Below are positions 26,801-36,569 of a stretch of 64,000 nt of DNA, piece after piece. A program made the translations under genes and the position numbers. The notes under the pieces are model-generated. The model ran no database searches, was not told the DNA's origin, and saw only the letters and a program-made list of their open reading frames with translations. This stretch comes from a virus. How positions within the stretch are numbered: the first letter of the stretch is position 1; the number at the start of each line of letters is the position of its first letter. The stretch is from IMG/VR virus record IMGVR_UViG_3300014934_000112, positions 3,769-67,768 of that record. One strand, 5' to 3'.

Positions 26801-27065
26801 CCAATACAATTAAATGGAAATATTTGCTATCCTTATTCTGCTCTGTCATATCAAAACATTCATAGAATTCAACTCCAAAAATCAGTTTTATATTCGGATA
26901 TTTTTCATGAAGTTTGTCATAATAACACCAACTATACTCATTTCCATGTTCTGTGATAGCCAGTGCTTTTAGTCCTATCTCTTCTGCTCTTTGTAAGTTT
27001 TCTTCAGGTAATGCATATCCATCTAACAATGAATAATGCGAATGTGTATGTAATGAACTGCTCAC
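23832..27065 (-). CDS. dnaE: DNA polymerase III alpha subunit (DnaE-type, with an N-terminal PHP domain)
   Basis: A 1077-aa protein; the N-terminal PHP motif is HTHSHYSLLDGY...ITEHGN. Confidence 0.85.
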   Translation of the reverse strand: MSSSLHTHSHYSLLDGYALPEENLQRAEEIGLKALAITEHGNEYSWCYYDKLHEKYPNIKLIFGVEFYECFDMTEQNKDSKYFHLIVLAKNENGRKAINQLVTDSNFHGFYYKPRIDLNALKPYAKDLVVSSACLASKLAREPDYQKCVEYVREYKEIFPHFYLEMQSHSHQDQMVYNQKILQLSVDTNTPYIITTDSHAARKEDLYYQNWHVKLAHDTETAAEIYEGCYLQSDDEIHAIMDSQIGEDAVTKGLEETDRIADLIDEIHMPFQAPQLPSFPLPEGFEDNYSYLKYLIDTGWVKRGFDKLPEDEQKLRKERIDYELDIIHSMGFDGYFLIVWDFINFARENGIPIGAGRGSCAGSLVCYTITITDLDPIKYGLIFERFLNPERISMPDTDTDVGTRDEIIQYLIDKYGENRVCQIINFSFITPIVAIKDVGKVLGFNYHEMDKLSKKFVYDTIEESLWNNRDLAENPRYEELFDVASHLAGRVKTVSSHAGGVGIVDTDISDYMAMKLGTDGEHVIQVDKRIVEEIGIIKFDILGVATLNTVKEAEIDAGLTEFDVNINNPKFEMDKGSYELLRSAMTNGVFQVESAGMKDLLIRLQVSNMEELAAVLALYRPDAMDVLEEFIEYKHHPEKITYIHPDMEPILKETYGCMIYQEQLLDIVRKFGGRSYGGADLFRKAIGKKNIELVKSESKKLYYEIIENGYPEEIAKQISETLSQKGGYLFNKSHAYSYAVLCLQTAFLKKHHALCFFKALLNRNKDKAGMVNKYILDAKAFKIQVLPPNLNKSMMNFSIDDVYILFGLSAISGIGEKIAKVILEDRDENGKFIGFENFCKRINPSKSQVIQLIKAGAIPTKNKRKTLIQYLKSMYQPTTFKPVAKAPSYKQLLIKWDIDAEYYRIGEKKYDYDKDAILKAYNDKRYELYKDKEKERFQKFIAQNQKYLENEDFWEFEALQIFINDNPFDQAYKYMSKQFQDVENGDDCTVVAVIAKVDKKKDKNKQTFAYVNLYSSFGLTEAIVWHSQLKEYEDLIVKGNQIAMLCRKDSDEKVIAKKIKPYKQWLEDIKKVKGVVA

Positions 27066-27076
27066 TAACTTTCACC

Positions 27077-28825
27077 TCAATCCCAAATATCTTCGTCTAA
27101 TTCTTCATCTGTTGTGATGCTCAGAACATTAATATCATCAACCGCAATTTGATATTGTCTAATTCCGTTAAAGATATTAGTCTGTGCAGTTCCTACTAAT
27201 TCAAATGCAACTGTACCTTCGTCAGAAAAATCGTTTATAATCCAATCATAAATCTTATTTTTTTCATCACATCTAAACATCACGCATGGAATATCATTAA
27301 TCTTGAATTGCATTGTATCCATTTTTTTACCAACAACATTAATCTCTTCCTTATTTAATGTAATATTCTTGACAGCAATCATCGGATCATCAATACCCTG
27401 CCCACGAATATCATCTAATTTAGACATTTCCTGTAGTAGTTCAAAATCTAATCTGCAAGCATCTACAATGAAATCAACTCTATAAGTTGCATCATATTTA
27501 ATATCTTTCAGCTTGTCGTTTAATTCTGTGATTGCTTTAGAGATATTATCTGTCGAACATCCAAATGCATTGGCGTGACCTTTTGCCCATAAAAATGAAT
27601 TTGTTTCGGATATCACATCTTTCAAACTATCAATCGGGCTATGGTCTACATTCCTTGCACTACCACTCATTTCTACTAATCCTGTTTCTGGATTAATATG
27701 TTTTCGTAATAACAAGCATGGTCTGTTCATATCTTCAGCAATCTTAATAGCAACCAATCCTGTCAAACTGCTATCTAATGTTTCTGTAACATCAAGAATA
27801 GTAATCTTACTATCTTTATCTTTTTCTGCCTCTTTCATAATAATCGGAACCATCTTTTTCTTTTGACGATCCTGTTTGCCTTTAGCATTTTTGCATAATC
27901 GAGCAGCACGATCGTAAATATTCTCTTTGATTACTTCCGCAGGGTTGTTTTTTGTTGCTCTTTTCTTATAGTCAAATACCTCATAGTCTTCAATAAATGC
28001 TCTAAAAACTAATTCTTTATCTTTCAAAGAACCAAATCGTACCATACCATTGATAATTGGAACGATATACCACTGAACATTATGAATATTAACAATACTA
28101 TGCATTGAATAATCTTGTGCATTGATCAGCGCTTTGAAGCATTCATTCTGAATATTCTGTATTCCTTTATTGACTAAACGACGTGTTTCAAAGGATCTCA
28201 TATCCATCACATCACCAATATTGGCTAATGCACATAAATCTAAATAATCATCTGCATAATTAATCCATAATTCATCATCTATTGCCTGTAAAAATCTATA
28301 GACAATCCCAGCCCCACATAAGTCTTTATTTCTATATCGTGGACTACACTGATTATTTACAATTACAACTTCCTCTGGCATTATTTCTTCAGATTCTTCT
28401 TTTTCATGGTGATCAAGAATTACAATCTGTACGCCACGATTTACAAGTTCAGTACACTGTGTTACATCGTTGGTGCCTGCATCTGGAATTATTAAAAGTT
28501 TTACGTCTTCAGGTATAGTAATATCTTCACTTAATCCGTGAGCTTTTGCTTTTTTATGCAATAAGTAACAAATGCTACTCTTACCATCATAAAGTTCATT
28601 ATTAATGCGATTTAAGTACATATATGCCATCGAAGCCGAGCAAAATCCGTCTACGTCCTCGTCAATTAAAATACCGATTTTATGTCCATTTTCAAGTGCA
28701 AAAGTCGTTGTATTTACTGCGTTTTTGATACCCTCTAAATCGGCATAATCTTGAATTACGCTATCATCGAGGTTCAAATACGTTTCATAATCATCAATCC
28801 CTCTATTTCTTAAAATTTCTGGCAC
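27077..28825 (-). CDS. RecJ-like DHH-family single-strand DNA exonuclease
   Basis: Contains DVDGFCSAS (motif I), IIPDAGTND and ILDHHE (DHH). Confidence 0.65.
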   Translation of the reverse strand: MPEILRNRGIDDYETYLNLDDSVIQDYADLEGIKNAVNTTTFALENGHKIGILIDEDVDGFCSASMAYMYLNRINNELYDGKSSICYLLHKKAKAHGLSEDITIPEDVKLLIIPDAGTNDVTQCTELVNRGVQIVILDHHEKEESEEIMPEEVVIVNNQCSPRYRNKDLCGAGIVYRFLQAIDDELWINYADDYLDLCALANIGDVMDMRSFETRRLVNKGIQNIQNECFKALINAQDYSMHSIVNIHNVQWYIVPIINGMVRFGSLKDKELVFRAFIEDYEVFDYKKRATKNNPAEVIKENIYDRAARLCKNAKGKQDRQKKKMVPIIMKEAEKDKDSKITILDVTETLDSSLTGLVAIKIAEDMNRPCLLLRKHINPETGLVEMSGSARNVDHSPIDSLKDVISETNSFLWAKGHANAFGCSTDNISKAITELNDKLKDIKYDATYRVDFIVDACRLDFELLQEMSKLDDIRGQGIDDPMIAVKNITLNKEEINVVGKKMDTMQFKINDIPCVMFRCDEKNKIYDWIINDFSDEGTVAFELVGTAQTNIFNGIRQYQIAVDDINVLSITTDEELDEDIWD

Positions 28826-28892
28826 AACATTAGAGGTATCATTCGTGCCACCTTCATATAATTTGTATTTTATATGTATAACCTGCCTGTTC

Positions 28893-29921
28893 TTATTTAA
28901 GTGTATACAAATAGTTATTTAACAATAGTTCCCATTTTTTAGGATCATCAGTAGGTGATTCTTTTTCATTAAGGATTCCTTCTTTTGAGTTATCCATAAT
29001 GTATGAAATCGGAACTCCATCAATAAAACGATCGCCAAGCTTTTGAATCTCTTCTAATTCAACATCTTTGTCAAAAATAAATACTACTTCAACTCCGAGT
29101 CTTGTTAACATGTCAATTTGCTGTCTTGAAACTTGCTTGCCGCCAGTTGCCACAACATTTTGATATCCATATGACCATAGCTGCATGACAGCTTTTTCTG
29201 CTTCTGCAACATATACTCTTCCAACCCTTTCTATATAAGGTAGAGTTTTATTCAATCCGTATAAGATTCTTTGTCTAGCGCATGGCTCAATATATAAATA
29301 TTTCAAATCATGTTTATCTAACTTTTTCTTGAACAATCGTCCTTTAACACCTACCAAATCACCAATTTCAGAAAAAATAGGTATTGTAATTCTGTTTGTA
29401 TCTTCGTCATAGCCAATATTAAATTCTTTCTGTGTTAAATAAGTAATATGATCTTCATAAAACAGATCATTAACATAGTCCTTATAATAAGAAAGAATTC
29501 GTTTTGAAATTGGTTTGACTGGTTTATCTTCTTCGGTTTCTATATTTTCTTTCATGTCATGAATCAATTGAGTGATCTGCAAACTTTCTGGCAGTTGCTC
29601 ATTAAAATCATGATAATAATCTATGCCGATCAAATTGGCTAGATATTTTAAACCGTCTGGGAAAGACAGACTTTTTGTAAAGCATACCAAGTCAATTAAA
29701 TCTGTCTGTCTTTCTTTTGCTGTCATTTTTCTTGTATAATTTGTGCAATTTAGGTTTTCGTTGTTATATGTAATAACTGCGGATTCATTATCCCCATCTT
29801 TATTTGCACAGCTCCAATATCCAGACGAATGATATTTAATATGATGACAGCCTATATCTTTCAGAATATTTTCTACATAATTATTATCGTATATATATTC
29901 TTTTAGCTGTGCTACATCCAT
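28893..29921 (-). CDS. DNA primase (DnaG-like, Toprim)
   Basis: Has an N-terminal Cys/His Zn-binding region and a Toprim domain (EAEKAVMQL...VVFIFDKD). Confidence 0.6.
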   Translation of the reverse strand: MDVAQLKEYIYDNNYVENILKDIGCHHIKYHSSGYWSCANKDGDNESAVITYNNENLNCTNYTRKMTAKERQTDLIDLVCFTKSLSFPDGLKYLANLIGIDYYHDFNEQLPESLQITQLIHDMKENIETEEDKPVKPISKRILSYYKDYVNDLFYEDHITYLTQKEFNIGYDEDTNRITIPIFSEIGDLVGVKGRLFKKKLDKHDLKYLYIEPCARQRILYGLNKTLPYIERVGRVYVAEAEKAVMQLWSYGYQNVVATGGKQVSRQQIDMLTRLGVEVVFIFDKDVELEEIQKLGDRFIDGVPISYIMDNSKEGILNEKESPTDDPKKWELLLNNYLYTLK

Positions 29922-29924
29922 AAC

Positions 29925-31478
29925 CTACGCTCCGTTTTTCTCTCGTTTTATGACATATCCTATTTCGTCCCAAGTATTTAAATCCAAATTGATTTCAAAA
30001 ATTGGAATAACATTCTTGTTACCGCCTCGGTTTTTATCAACCTTAATACAGAAATATGTCTTGTCCTTTTTTAAATCGTGCGCCTGTGGCTCTCCCCAAT
30101 CACTAATTGATATATACTGATATTTGTAATATTCGTCAGGATGTAATCTTTTACCAAGCATTAAGATGTCAGCAACGTGCTTAATCTGTTTTGCATTGGC
30201 AATATTATTACTACTTAACTGGAATATATCTGTATACACTGTATCATCAGTTAACTGGAATACAGAGAAACAAAACATATGGATTTCTTTCATAAGCTCT
30301 TTAATTTTTGTGGCTGTCTGTTTCACCGTTTGCCAATCATCAATACGATAACCTTTTAATGTGTCATAACCACAATATTTCACATCATATAACATACGAT
30401 GTTTTCTAAATTCAAACTCTAATGCCGAATCTGAGTAATCAGAGCCAACATCTTTGAAATATAATTTCCCTTGACGTTTCTGATCAACCCATTTTGCAAC
30501 TTGCATAACTTTCTGAAACTCATCTGACGTAGTAGCTACTCTATGTTTGTATTCCTCTTCTGTTTCAATAAAGTCTCCATTTTCATTTGTTTTTCTTTCA
30601 ATCACATTGCCATTGTTATCTCTGTAAATACCAAGAACTATTTCTTCTTCTGGCTTTTCAATATCAATCCCATGAAGCTCTTTGAAACATTTGTTGTTGA
30701 TCACTGTAACGACTAAGCAATTTCGTAAATCGTCTTCATCCATCTCATTACTGAGTAATAAAAATTTCTCGTCCATTGCCAATACGATATATGCAATCAA
30801 CAACATCATATTTCTTGATTTTCCTTCATTACTTAAGAATCCATTAAAAATTACCTTTCCAAGACGACACCCTCTGAACATCTTATTGAGAATCGCCCAA
30901 GGTAACGGAATCCCCAAATCTGGTTTTGATAAAAATGATTCAACCTGTGATTCAACACCACTATTCAATAAGACAGAATCTTCGCCTGCGCTAATAACAG
31001 TGTTAATTTTATCCGCCTGAGATCGAATCACTCTATAAATATCTTTTGCTTCCCATTTTTCAAATAACCTATGGTTTAAAATTCGTTGAACAGGATATCC
31101 ATTTCTGTCATACTCTCTTACAAGAGAATATTTCTTAACGAGATTATAATATTTTTTAAAATCATCACAATCTGCAACCTGCATCCATGATGAAATCGTC
31201 TTCCACCCTTTGTATCTTTTGTATGTCCTAAGTCTTTCATCTGATTGACTCATGAACATATTTACCTTGTCTTCCTCAATCGTTTGAGTAAATGTTTTGT
31301 ACATAATCTCAAACATATCATAGAAAAATTTACATGCCTCATCACTGAAATCATACTGACTTCTCATATATCCACCATAAGAAACATATAAATCTGGTTG
31401 TTTATACAAAGCACCGATAAACATCATTTCACTCTGAATGTTAGTTACACTTTTACGTTCTACTGTTTCTTCTGTCAA
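29925..31478 (-). CDS. DnaB-like replicative helicase
   Basis: A RecA-fold C-terminal domain with a Walker A-like motif FNGFLSNEGKS, in the arrangement DnaB uses, sitting between the primase and the loader-like gene. Confidence 0.5.
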   Translation of the reverse strand: MTEETVERKSVTNIQSEMMFIGALYKQPDLYVSYGGYMRSQYDFSDEACKFFYDMFEIMYKTFTQTIEEDKVNMFMSQSDERLRTYKRYKGWKTISSWMQVADCDDFKKYYNLVKKYSLVREYDRNGYPVQRILNHRLFEKWEAKDIYRVIRSQADKINTVISAGEDSVLLNSGVESQVESFLSKPDLGIPLPWAILNKMFRGCRLGKVIFNGFLSNEGKSRNMMLLIAYIVLAMDEKFLLLSNEMDEDDLRNCLVVTVINNKCFKELHGIDIEKPEEEIVLGIYRDNNGNVIERKTNENGDFIETEEEYKHRVATTSDEFQKVMQVAKWVDQKRQGKLYFKDVGSDYSDSALEFEFRKHRMLYDVKYCGYDTLKGYRIDDWQTVKQTATKIKELMKEIHMFCFSVFQLTDDTVYTDIFQLSSNNIANAKQIKHVADILMLGKRLHPDEYYKYQYISISDWGEPQAHDLKKDKTYFCIKVDKNRGGNKNVIPIFEINLDLNTWDEIGYVIKREKNGA

Positions 31479-32170
31479 TCAAGTCCCTCACCAAAAATAT
31501 CACTTAAAATGTCATCCATGTTATCGTCTTGTGTGGCTGTTACTACAGTTTTTTGAGTTGTGATATTATTTGTTTCAACAAAAGATTTTGCAAATTTTTC
31601 ATTATTCTTTTTGTCTACTTCATTTAATTTCTGTTTCTCTTTCCATCGTAAATAACTATCATACTTTCCTACTAAAACTGCCAAATCATAATTAACCTGG
31701 TGTGTTGGATTATCTTCATCCATCGTTCCTTTTTGTATCAAAAATGTTCGATTTTTCTTAAGATATTTCATTTGACGCTTCCACATATCTAAAAGATCAC
31801 TTGGTGGAATTGGTTTCGCCAAACCACGATATGTACCTTTATAAATACTTTTCAATTTTGTAAAAACATATGCTGGTACAGAACCAATGTAGTTATAATT
31901 ATCAAGAATAAACCGATATACTTTGTCTTCTAACAATCTTGGTTCAAGTAACACTCGTGCTTTCTGATTATATTCATCAATCTTAGACAATGCAGATAAC
32001 CATTTGTCATGTTTAGTATTTTTGGATAATAATTTTGCTTCACACATTTTGCGGAAACATTCTTTGTGATAATAACTATTGTCATATTTAACAATCTCTT
32101 GCACTTTATCTAAATCAAGTTCAATTACTTCTTTACAATAAGCGCATTTTACTGTTAAAACATCTGCCAT
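31475..32170 (-). CDS. Hypothetical protein with an N-terminal CxxC motif; possibly a replication accessory protein
   Basis: A 231-aa ORF beginning MADVLTVKCAYCKE. Confidence 0.35.
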   Translation of the reverse strand: MADVLTVKCAYCKEVIELDLDKVQEIVKYDNSYYHKECFRKMCEAKLLSKNTKHDKWLSALSKIDEYNQKARVLLEPRLLEDKVYRFILDNYNYIGSVPAYVFTKLKSIYKGTYRGLAKPIPPSDLLDMWKRQMKYLKKNRTFLIQKGTMDEDNPTHQVNYDLAVLVGKYDSYLRWKEKQKLNEVDKKNNEKFAKSFVETNNITTQKTVVTATQDDNMDDILSDIFGEGLD

Positions 32171-32249
32171 ACTACAGTTACTCCTCGTCCAATATCAAAG
32201 GATTAGGTAGCCAAAATGGCTACCAAATAAACCCTTTTGTAATTTCACC

Positions 32250-33464
32250 TTATCCTTCCTGATCTTCTTTGATTTTTTTCACTAAGATTTCTTCTATCTT
32301 CTTTAGCTGATCAAGATCATTAAGACGACTAAAGGCGGTAGGTAATCCTTCTTTGGCGAGCTTATCTTTCATTTCCTGTCTTTTTGGAGGGGCTAATTTT
32401 TTAATTCTGTCAGAAATTCGTTTTTTTACATCCTGAACAGAATCTTTTTTGCTAGATGAGCCACTGGATAACACACCAGATTCTTCTTTTTCTGCTTCCT
32501 CTTCGGAAACTGGCTTACCTGCTTCTCCAAGAATTTCTCTCTTATAGATTTTCTGTTCAACATCTACTGCTTTTGTAAGAGCATTACCAAGTGTAAACTC
32601 TTTGTTCCCAACAGAATTATCAATAACTTTCTGCCAAGCTAACATCTGTGGATCTTCTACAATCTCGTTCTTTTTATATGTATGTGTTCTATCTTTCAAT
32701 ATCTGAGCACAAACCATATCAGTTTCACTATCAACGAATGTACGAATTACTGTTTTGGCGTTATAATCCATACCTTTAAATCCGTCAATAATCTTACGAC
32801 CTGTCGTAACAGTTTCTCTTTTACCGTCAATCATCTTAGATTCTGTCTCATCTTTTTCTCTTGCTGTTACAACACAATGTGCTCCAGAAGCTAATAAATC
32901 AAGAATTAAATCCTGACCTTTGAAGTTTACAGTCTGGTAATCTTTTAATTCCATACCTGCACCTTCAATTTTGACAAGTCTAGCTTCACCTGTCATATTT
33001 GCAGCATCCGCTTTTACACGATTTCTTTTCTTAGAGAACTCAATCAATCCCTGTTTTGTAGTCAGATTTAAGATTGTTGATCCATCTACAACAATCGCAT
33101 CAGCTCTAAATGGAAGACCATCTGCATCTAAAACTACATCATCAGTTTCTTCTCCATCGTCATCAAGCTCGTAGAAGTCACCGTTTGTTTTGACTGTATC
33201 AATATAATGTCTTACTTCTCCTAAGCTCTGAGTGTAAACAATGTAAATGTTTTCGAGATTTACACCATTTTCCTCTAATTCTGGTAAATAATCATCAATA
33301 CTTCCTGATTCAGAGTCTAAATATAAGACTCTGAAAGGTTTCCCATCTGGGCGTTTAAAATACGCTAACTGCATTGCCAGTGTACTTTTACCAGTAAAAG
33401 GTTCTCCATAAATAATAGTCATCAATTTACTCTGTGTTTTTGCTGCTTTTCTTGCTTTTGCCAA
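32250..33464 (-). CDS. Sak4-like RecA-fold ATPase (AAA_24 family recombination/annealing helper)
   Basis: The N-terminus reads KLMTIIYGEPFTGKSTLAMQLA. Confidence 0.55.
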   Translation of the reverse strand: MAKARKAAKTQSKLMTIIYGEPFTGKSTLAMQLAYFKRPDGKPFRVLYLDSESGSIDDYLPELEENGVNLENIYIVYTQSLGEVRHYIDTVKTNGDFYELDDDGEETDDVVLDADGLPFRADAIVVDGSTILNLTTKQGLIEFSKKRNRVKADAANMTGEARLVKIEGAGMELKDYQTVNFKGQDLILDLLASGAHCVVTAREKDETESKMIDGKRETVTTGRKIIDGFKGMDYNAKTVIRTFVDSETDMVCAQILKDRTHTYKKNEIVEDPQMLAWQKVIDNSVGNKEFTLGNALTKAVDVEQKIYKREILGEAGKPVSEEEAEKEESGVLSSGSSSKKDSVQDVKKRISDRIKKLAPPKRQEMKDKLAKEGLPTAFSRLNDLDQLKKIEEILVKKIKEDQEG

Positions 33465-33529
33465 ATGTAAAACTCCTTTATGTATATATTGTTTTTGTTA
33501 TTTATTTGTGAAATGATTTAGAATTGCTC

Positions 33530-34642
33530 TTACCAAACATCGCCTTCAGTATCATCTGAAGAATCATCAAAACCAGATCCCCATTCATCATCTGTAGAAG
33601 AACTACTTGTCTGTTTATCATCAGACTCACCAAAATCACTTCTTGCTGCTTCTGCCTTTTTAATAGCTTCAATCGCTGCATCAATTGCTTCTCTGGTGTA
33701 TGTTTCTGAATCAATACTGTCTTTGCTTGCGCCAGTGATAATAAGTTCTTTTCTTGCAGAATTTACGACTCTCTTTGTAGGATCTGCTTCTCCCCATCCA
33801 TCATCTTCTACTTCAACTTCTTCTGTCTGAATTTCTGTCTTAATATGTCCCCAAACTTCAATAGATGAATATGGCTTCACATTTTTCTTAAAAGTTTTTG
33901 CTAATTTCTTATTTGTCATATAGAATTCAGCATCATCAACAGATGAATAACCAATAATCTTTCCATAAACGATAAAACGTCCTGTTGGTACATCATTTTC
34001 TTTTTCCTGTTCGATATTTGTGAATACCATTGTCTGTTTGAAATCAGATCTTACTTTACGTTCTTCATCATCAAGATCAATTTCTTTACTTGTTAAACTA
34101 ATCTGTGTTGGAGACATTCTTGACCACTGACGTTTAGTACCGTCTTCCCCAGTAAAACTTCCATATTCAATATCTCCTTTGATGAATACACTCTGGTTGT
34201 CTGCCATATGTTCTGAAGTATATTTTGTTAAATCAAATGGATCTAAGACAACTTTCTTATTAACAACCTGTCCTTTATCATTGGTCTCTTTTTCAAGACC
34301 TGCTCTTGAACCAATAATTGCCCAACCTTCGCCAAGTCCTAATTCTTCAGCCGATTTAAAACGATCCGCCCAAGGAATTTTTTTAGTTTTGTATGTACCA
34401 TCTTTCTCTCGTTTGATAAAACATACTGTAGGTTTTTCAAATGCCTGAATTTTACATCCAACTTTTACATCGGGTTCTACTTTAACTCCGAAAGATAACG
34501 TTCGTTTATCTTTGCCTTTCTGCGTTTTACCTTCCTTATAAAAGTCGTCTTTTGCACAATCAGTGATTAATCCTTCTAACTGAAATGTACCTTTAGTTTC
34601 TGGTAAGTTGAAAAGTCTTTTAGATTTTGTGTTTTCTGCCAA
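33530..34642 (-). CDS. Putative single-strand DNA-binding or recombination protein with an acidic C-terminal tail
   Basis: A 370-aa protein whose C-terminus reads DDEWGSGFDDSSDDTEGDVW; placed in the replication module. Confidence 0.3.
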   Translation of the reverse strand: MAENTKSKRLFNLPETKGTFQLEGLITDCAKDDFYKEGKTQKGKDKRTLSFGVKVEPDVKVGCKIQAFEKPTVCFIKREKDGTYKTKKIPWADRFKSAEELGLGEGWAIIGSRAGLEKETNDKGQVVNKKVVLDPFDLTKYTSEHMADNQSVFIKGDIEYGSFTGEDGTKRQWSRMSPTQISLTSKEIDLDDEERKVRSDFKQTMVFTNIEQEKENDVPTGRFIVYGKIIGYSSVDDAEFYMTNKKLAKTFKKNVKPYSSIEVWGHIKTEIQTEEVEVEDDGWGEADPTKRVVNSARKELIITGASKDSIDSETYTREAIDAAIEAIKKAEAARSDFGESDDKQTSSSSTDDEWGSGFDDSSDDTEGDVW

Positions 34643-34715
34643 ATAAATTTACCTCTTTCTGTTATTAAATTTGTTTAGTTAGTTTTTAGTTTGTAAATAA
34701 GTCATCAATTTATAT

Positions 34716-34808
34716 CCACTGTCAACTCTGCCAAAGTCAACAGGAACAAAAAATAATTTTATCTGATCGTCTTATATTGTTATAATCGTTCTAGCACGTT
34801 TATAACAA
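34716..34808. promoter_or_regulatory. Promoter/operator region upstream of the SSB-like gene. It has tandem GTTGAC(T/A) boxes and a 9-bp inverted repeat flanking a 14-bp spacer.
   Basis: The features are CCTGTTGACTTTGGCAGAGTTGACAGTGG (minus-strand reading, 34716-34744) and TTGTTATAA-N14-TTATAACAA (34777-34808) with embedded TGTTATAAT. Confidence 0.35.
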
Positions 34809-34852
34809 ATGCGTCAAAAAAAATAATAAAAGTTGTTTGCGTTATTCAACTT

Positions 34853-35395
34853 TTATAATCTGGAAAATGTTGTTGATCGCATTCTTTTAATCTTTTGTTG
34901 TATCGCTTGAAATGATGTGCCAAACATTTTTGCGATTTCTTGATATGTATAACCTTTTGATTTTAAATCAACAATCATTCTGTCCTTATTATTTAGTGTG
35001 TAACATTTATCTTGAAAATTCAACTTGAAAATAATATTTTTTTCAAAATTTTCTTCATCCTTTAAAAGAAATGAATTTTCATTTTTGTCTTCATCCCAAT
35101 CATCTAACATATGATTATATGAAATAGTATTCATATCACCCTTTCTTCTCTGCCGAAATCTGTATTTGTTATATACCGTTATTTCATTTTGTATACATAA
35201 ATACGCATATGTCGAAAATGATTTAGATCGTGTTTCATCATAATCAATTGCTGCCTTACACAACCCAATAGCAGCGAATCCATAATAGTCATCAAAATCT
35301 TGTCTGCGGATACCGCATTTTGTCATAGCAGAGTAAATCAAATTATGATTTTGTTCTACTAATTTTCTCTGTTCGTCATTTAATTTCAACGACAT
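34853..35395 (-). CDS. Sigma-70-family RNA polymerase sigma factor (compact, regions 2 and 4)
   Basis: The region-2-like motif is YYGFAAIGLCKAAIDYDETRSKSFSTYAYLCIQNEI and the region-4 HTH is GYTYQEIAKMFGTSFQAIQQKIKRM. Confidence 0.6.
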   Translation of the reverse strand: MSLKLNDEQRKLVEQNHNLIYSAMTKCGIRRQDFDDYYGFAAIGLCKAAIDYDETRSKSFSTYAYLCIQNEITVYNKYRFRQRRKGDMNTISYNHMLDDWDEDKNENSFLLKDEENFEKNIIFKLNFQDKCYTLNNKDRMIVDLKSKGYTYQEIAKMFGTSFQAIQQKIKRMRSTTFSRL

Positions 35396-35425
35396 TTACT
35401 CCTTTATTTACTTGTTCTTATGTAA

Positions 35426-35662
35426 TTATCCCTTGCAAAAAGGCACCCATTGTTTGGGCGGAAATTCGTTCAATCTCCAATAACCAGGATGACTAGAGGT
35501 AATAGGACATATTTGCCTAGTCCCGCCATCTAGTAATTTTAAAAACGGACATGTGATATTACAACCACAACTATCTTTGTTAATAGTACAAATATCTTGA
35601 ATTGTTTTTAATGCAACGGCAACTGCTTCTTCCGTATACTCTCCATAATTTTTCTCACTCAT
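35426..35662 (-). CDS. Small Cys-rich protein, tandem paralog of 35676-35915
   Basis: Contains the shared motif IQDIC..CGC..CP. Confidence 0.4.
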   Translation of the reverse strand: MSEKNYGEYTEEAVAVALKTIQDICTINKDSCGCNITCPFLKLLDGGTRQICPITSSHPGYWRLNEFPPKQWVPFCKG

Positions 35663-35675
35663 AAATCTTCATCTC

Positions 35676-35915
35676 CTACTTTTCAAATGCTCGCCACGTA
35701 GTATCTGGATTGTCTGCAATACTCCAATTATCAGGCTCTAAATCTGTAATTGTACACGTATCATTATCTTCGATTCTCGTGCATAAAGGGCATTGCTTAC
35801 ACCGATCTCTATCGACAATATTGCTCTGATAATATTCGCACGTATCCTGAATCACATGCAGTGCATTTAAAATTTCTTCAGATGTATGTAATTTATTTTT
35901 CTTTTCTTTCTCCAT
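35676..35915 (-). CDS. Small Cys-rich protein, tandem paralog of 35426-35662
   Basis: Contains the shared motif IQDTC..CKQCPLC. Confidence 0.4.
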   Translation of the reverse strand: MEKEKKNKLHTSEEILNALHVIQDTCEYYQSNIVDRDRCKQCPLCTRIEDNDTCTITDLEPDNWSIADNPDTTWRAFEK

Positions 35916-35920
35916 CTACA

Positions 35921-36319
35921 TTACTCTCCTAACTCAATACCGCAAATTTCTTTTGCTAGTTCTCTTACTGCAACACGACCTACCCAATCTGTCTGCCAGC
36001 CATTTATAGATTTTGATGACCAATCTGTGAGATCATTGTCATACATAAATTTCAGCAAATCTTCTAAAGTATGAATGTCTTTTTTAACCTCATTTACCTT
36101 GCCATAAAACTCTCGTTTTAGAACCGCTTTTATTTCTGATTCAGTGCGATATATTTCTTCTAAAAGCATTAAATATGAACCATGTGTTATACTGTCTTGT
36201 ATCATTATATATGTTAGATCGCCAAGACATTTAATCTCCGTAATGATTCCAGACTTAACAGTATATGGTTCATCATACCAAGCAAAATACACCTTATCTC
36301 CAACCTTAAAATCGCACAT
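35921..36319 (-). CDS. Hypothetical protein
   Basis: A 132-aa ORF. Confidence 0.4.
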   Translation of the reverse strand: MCDFKVGDKVYFAWYDEPYTVKSGIITEIKCLGDLTYIMIQDSITHGSYLMLLEEIYRTESEIKAVLKREFYGKVNEVKKDIHTLEDLLKFMYDNDLTDWSSKSINGWQTDWVGRVAVRELAKEICGIELGE

Positions 36320-36335
36320 TTTACATCACCTCTTT

Positions 36336-36569
36336 CTAACACCAAGCCCATATAATTACACCTATAGCACCAACAATATGTATAACACACCATATTTGAG
36401 AGAACATACTCAAGAATCTTCCAGGAATCCCTTTTGGATATGATATATATAAGTATTCATCTCGATTGTCATAAATCCAGCACCATATTCCAATATAAAC
36501 GACACATGCTATGAGAATACTTGCTAATTGGATTATCAATTTTACATCCTTCATAGTTACTTCTACCAT
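36336..36569 (-). CDS. Small membrane protein
   Basis: A 77-aa ORF with two TM helices. Confidence 0.35.
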   Translation of the reverse strand: MVEVTMKDVKLIIQLASILIACVVYIGIWCWIYDNRDEYLYISYPKGIPGRFLSMFSQIWCVIHIVGAIGVIIWAWC

